From Azolla caroliniana (taxonomy: Eukaryota > Plantae > Polypodiophyta): a DNA stretch of 64,000 nucleotides. Below the pieces are notes generated by a model. The model did no database searches and was not told the DNA's origin. It worked only from the letters and a program-made list of their open reading frames with translations. Position numbers and translations under genes: made by a program. Shown piece by piece: positions 61,079 to 64,000 of the stretch. How positions within the stretch are numbered: the stretch's first letter is position 1; every line of letters starts with the position of its first letter. Location: NCBI GenBank assembly GCA_043228905.1, contig JBHGNT010000004.1:17360001-17424000 (forward strand). Direction: 5' to 3'.

Positions 61079-64000
61079 TGTGGTGTCCCTTTCATGCAAG
61101 AGCATGCATTTGAACACACCACTCTTTTAGCCACTCCCGTTTAGCACATCACCCATTTTAGCCCACCATTTTGGGACACGTGTAGCTAGGCCGTCCCAAA
61201 ATTGGTCCTTTGTATCTTCTATATATTGAATGATATGTATGAAGCTAGCTAGGCTGGTTTGGTTTCCTTTTATGTGCATTTCACATAATTGGTGGAGATG
61301 ACGGGCTCAAATTTTAGCCACTACTACCTTGTTCATGGCATCCCAATTCCCTTCCGCCGCCTCCAACGTCGATGCCCCGATGGAGCCTGAGTTCTCGCAA
61401 CCTCACGCACGACCTCCCCCTTTCCAAATGGAGCAGCTCCTGGAACTCGTCTCCAACGTCATGCTTCAAACCAACCTAGCTACACACAAGCCCATTGCAC
61501 CTTCACCTTAGGCACTATCACCTTCTCACATCACTTTTATGTCTTGCCCCACCAACTCTTCCCCCTCACCCTAGGTTGTGATTGGTTCCTCAAGCATCGC
61601 GCTGTGATTGATTTTGATGCCCACAAACTTCTTGTCCCACATGCTTCCCCTATCCCTCTTCTACAAGATAGCTCCCCTAGCCCCCACCTTAGCCAAGTTC
61701 AGGTAGCACTTAATCCACAAGAGCGATTGGTCTCCATCCGCCAATTATTAGCTCGTTTTCCATCACTAACCCTCCAACCCACACATGCTCCTACTGATGC
61801 TGGCAGCACATTCCAATGCATGGCCAACTCCATTTTTGCCGCCCTTATCAACAAAGGTGTCCTCCTCGTTTATCTCGATGACATCCTTATCCACACGGCC
61901 ACTTGGGAGGACCATCTACAAGCTCTCGCCGAAGTCCTCGCTTGCATAACTAAGCATAACTTGCAGCTCCAATGGAAGAAGTGTCGATGGGGAAGCACCA
62001 GCCTCCGTTTTCTCGGCTTCATCATCTCTGGTGATGGAATCCGTATGGACCCTGCAAAGGTAGCAGCCATCAACGACTACCCTCGCCCCACTTCAGTCAA
62101 ATCCTTGCAACGTTTTTTGGGCATGATCACCTTTTCCCTTCGCTTCATCCCAAACCTTGCCTTGGTCACTTTTCCCCTTCGCCAACTCTTGAAGAAAGGC
62201 ATGTCATTCAGTTGGGATCCTGCTTGTGAAGATAGCTTTCGTCGCCTTAAAACCATGGTCAAGGAATCGGGGTTGCTCGCCCATCCTAACTTTGACCAAC
62301 CGTTCACGTTGCAGACAGACGCATCAAACCAGGGGTTAGGAGCCGTCCTCTTGCAAGCCGATTGCCATGTGCAAGAGAAGGCGATTGCCTTCATTAGTCG
62401 AACTCTCACGCCGGCTGAATGCAACTACTCAATCACTGAGAAAGAGCTACTTGCGATTGTCTGGTCTTTCCAACATTTTCATCCATACCTTCATGGTGGA
62501 CAGGTTACGGTTGAAACCGACCACCAGCCCTTGCTTTCTCTTATCCATCAACCTCACCCCCTAGGCCGCTTGTTGCGATGGACGCTGGCACTTCAAGATT
62601 ATCAGTTTACCCTCTCCTATCGAAAAGGTGCAACCAATTTGGTCACTCATAGTCTCTCTCGCGCCAATTGCCAGGCTGTCCAATTTCTCCTTGAGACATC
62701 CGATCTTCCGATACCATTGTCACAACTCGCTATGCTTCAACAACACGACCCCGCCATCCAACAGATAATCCATCAGTTGCGCTCCCTCCAACCGTTTCCC
62801 TCACAACGACGGTTCATGCTCCGCGATAACTTGGTATTCTTCATTCAAGCGCATCACGAGCCTCGTCACTACATCCCTCAGGCCCTACAACAAACGTATC
62901 TCCAATTTTATCACGACCACCCATTGTCGGGCCACTTGGGTTTTCACAAGGTTCTTGAAAATTTATGTCTCAAGTATTACTGGCCCAACATGAGACACTC
63001 AGTCTCTACCTATATCAAACAATGTGCTTTGTGTCAACGCATCAAACCTAGGGGCAAGCCAGTTGGAACACTCCAACCCATCACCGTCACGTCACCTTTC
63101 GAGCTAGTCAGATGGGATTTCATGGGACCTTTTCCCGAAACCTCTAGGGGCAACAGGTATATCCTTGTCATAACAGAATACCTCACACGATGGGCTGAAA
63201 CTATTGCCATCCCCGACGTCACTGCGCCAACAATTGCCTCCCAACTCTTGCAAAAGGTAATATTTCAACATGGTTGCCCTATCCAAATCTTATCTGATCA
63301 GGGCCGCCAGTTCCATGGGGATGTCCTCAATGTTGTGGCAACTCAACTAGGTGTCCAACAAGTGTTTACAGACCCTTACCATCCTCAAACAAATGGCCTC
63401 ACTGAACGCCTCAACAAGACCCTCAAGCAAGAAATTGCCGCTTACATCGATCCATGCCACAAAACCTGGGATCAAATCTTGCCTTTTGTCACCCATGCCT
63501 ACAATACATCCGTACAAGCGTCGACACGGATCAGCCCTTTTCGAGCACTCTATGGACGCGACCTGCAGCTCCCACCAGAAACGTCCATTGACATCTGTTC
63601 TAAACCTGCCAACATGGATAGTGCTACTTGGGGGCTTTATCTCCAACAAATGGCTCCCCCTCCTTCGACAAGCCAGCTCCCAAAATCTACAAGTCGCACA
63701 ACAACGTCAAAAGCGACACTACGACGTGGGTCAAATCACCCCGACGTATGCTGATGGAACCAAAGTCCTTGTTTACTTCCCGATCCGGCGGTGTGGTCTC
63801 AATGAATCCCTCATGCACTGGTGGATCGGCCCATTCACCGTAATTTGTGCCATCAAGTCCACGACTTACTTACTCCGACGCGATTCCAACAGTCGATTCA
63901 CCTCAGCCCATGTTGCCCGTATCAAGCCATATGCTACCCCAAGCCTATCTTCTAGCACCCCTCCTTTTCTCATAGCGTAACACTCCTTGTTTTTCTGAGG
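61079..64000 (+). mobile_element. Internally deleted Ty3/Gypsy element H (runs off the window)
   Basis: Putative 5' LTR 61079-61285 (TG..CA), PBS TGGTGGAGATG (tRNA-Ala-like) at 61290. Pol remnant 61544-63980: LGCDW protease end, VYLDDILI RT lacking its N-terminal half, QTDAS RNase H, HHCC, SDQG and WIGPF integrase; frameshift near 63650. Confidence 0.88.

Overview
Land-plant nuclear DNA; a seed-free plant is likely, but this is inferred only from the TE lineages. Positions ~1-46.2 kb form a nested transposon block up to five levels deep. Copia F (1-1481, resumes ~41297-42077) contains Gypsy E (LTR 1482-2046). E contains Copia A (2391-17375), which holds a very young Gypsy B (6090-15959) with an extra PMD-like/coiled-coil ORF. 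E also contains Copia C (17552-23412), interrupted by a solo LTR and by Gypsy D (23413-~39771). The 5' LTR of D is interrupted by an 8.8-kb TIR DNA transposon (23636-32447; perfect 29-bp TIRs, 4-bp TSD GTGA, Sola-type transposase). The main finding is the cargo of this DNA transposon: a divergently transcribed, spliced gene for a prokaryote-type ParB/Srx domain fused to a beta-class N4C/N6A DNA methyltransferase. Its first intron holds ten palindromes at a 51-bp period. This copy is decayed (nonsense codons, a frameshift, no visible catalytic motif IV). A second copy of the F family (G, 42089-46227) is fused tail-to-tail to F. Positions 46.2-61 kb hold two spliced host genes on the minus strand (SnRK1 gamma-1-like CBS protein; Mut-7-like DEDDy exonuclease), followed by an internally deleted Gypsy element. 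All alignments and domain calls were made by eye; no database searches were run.
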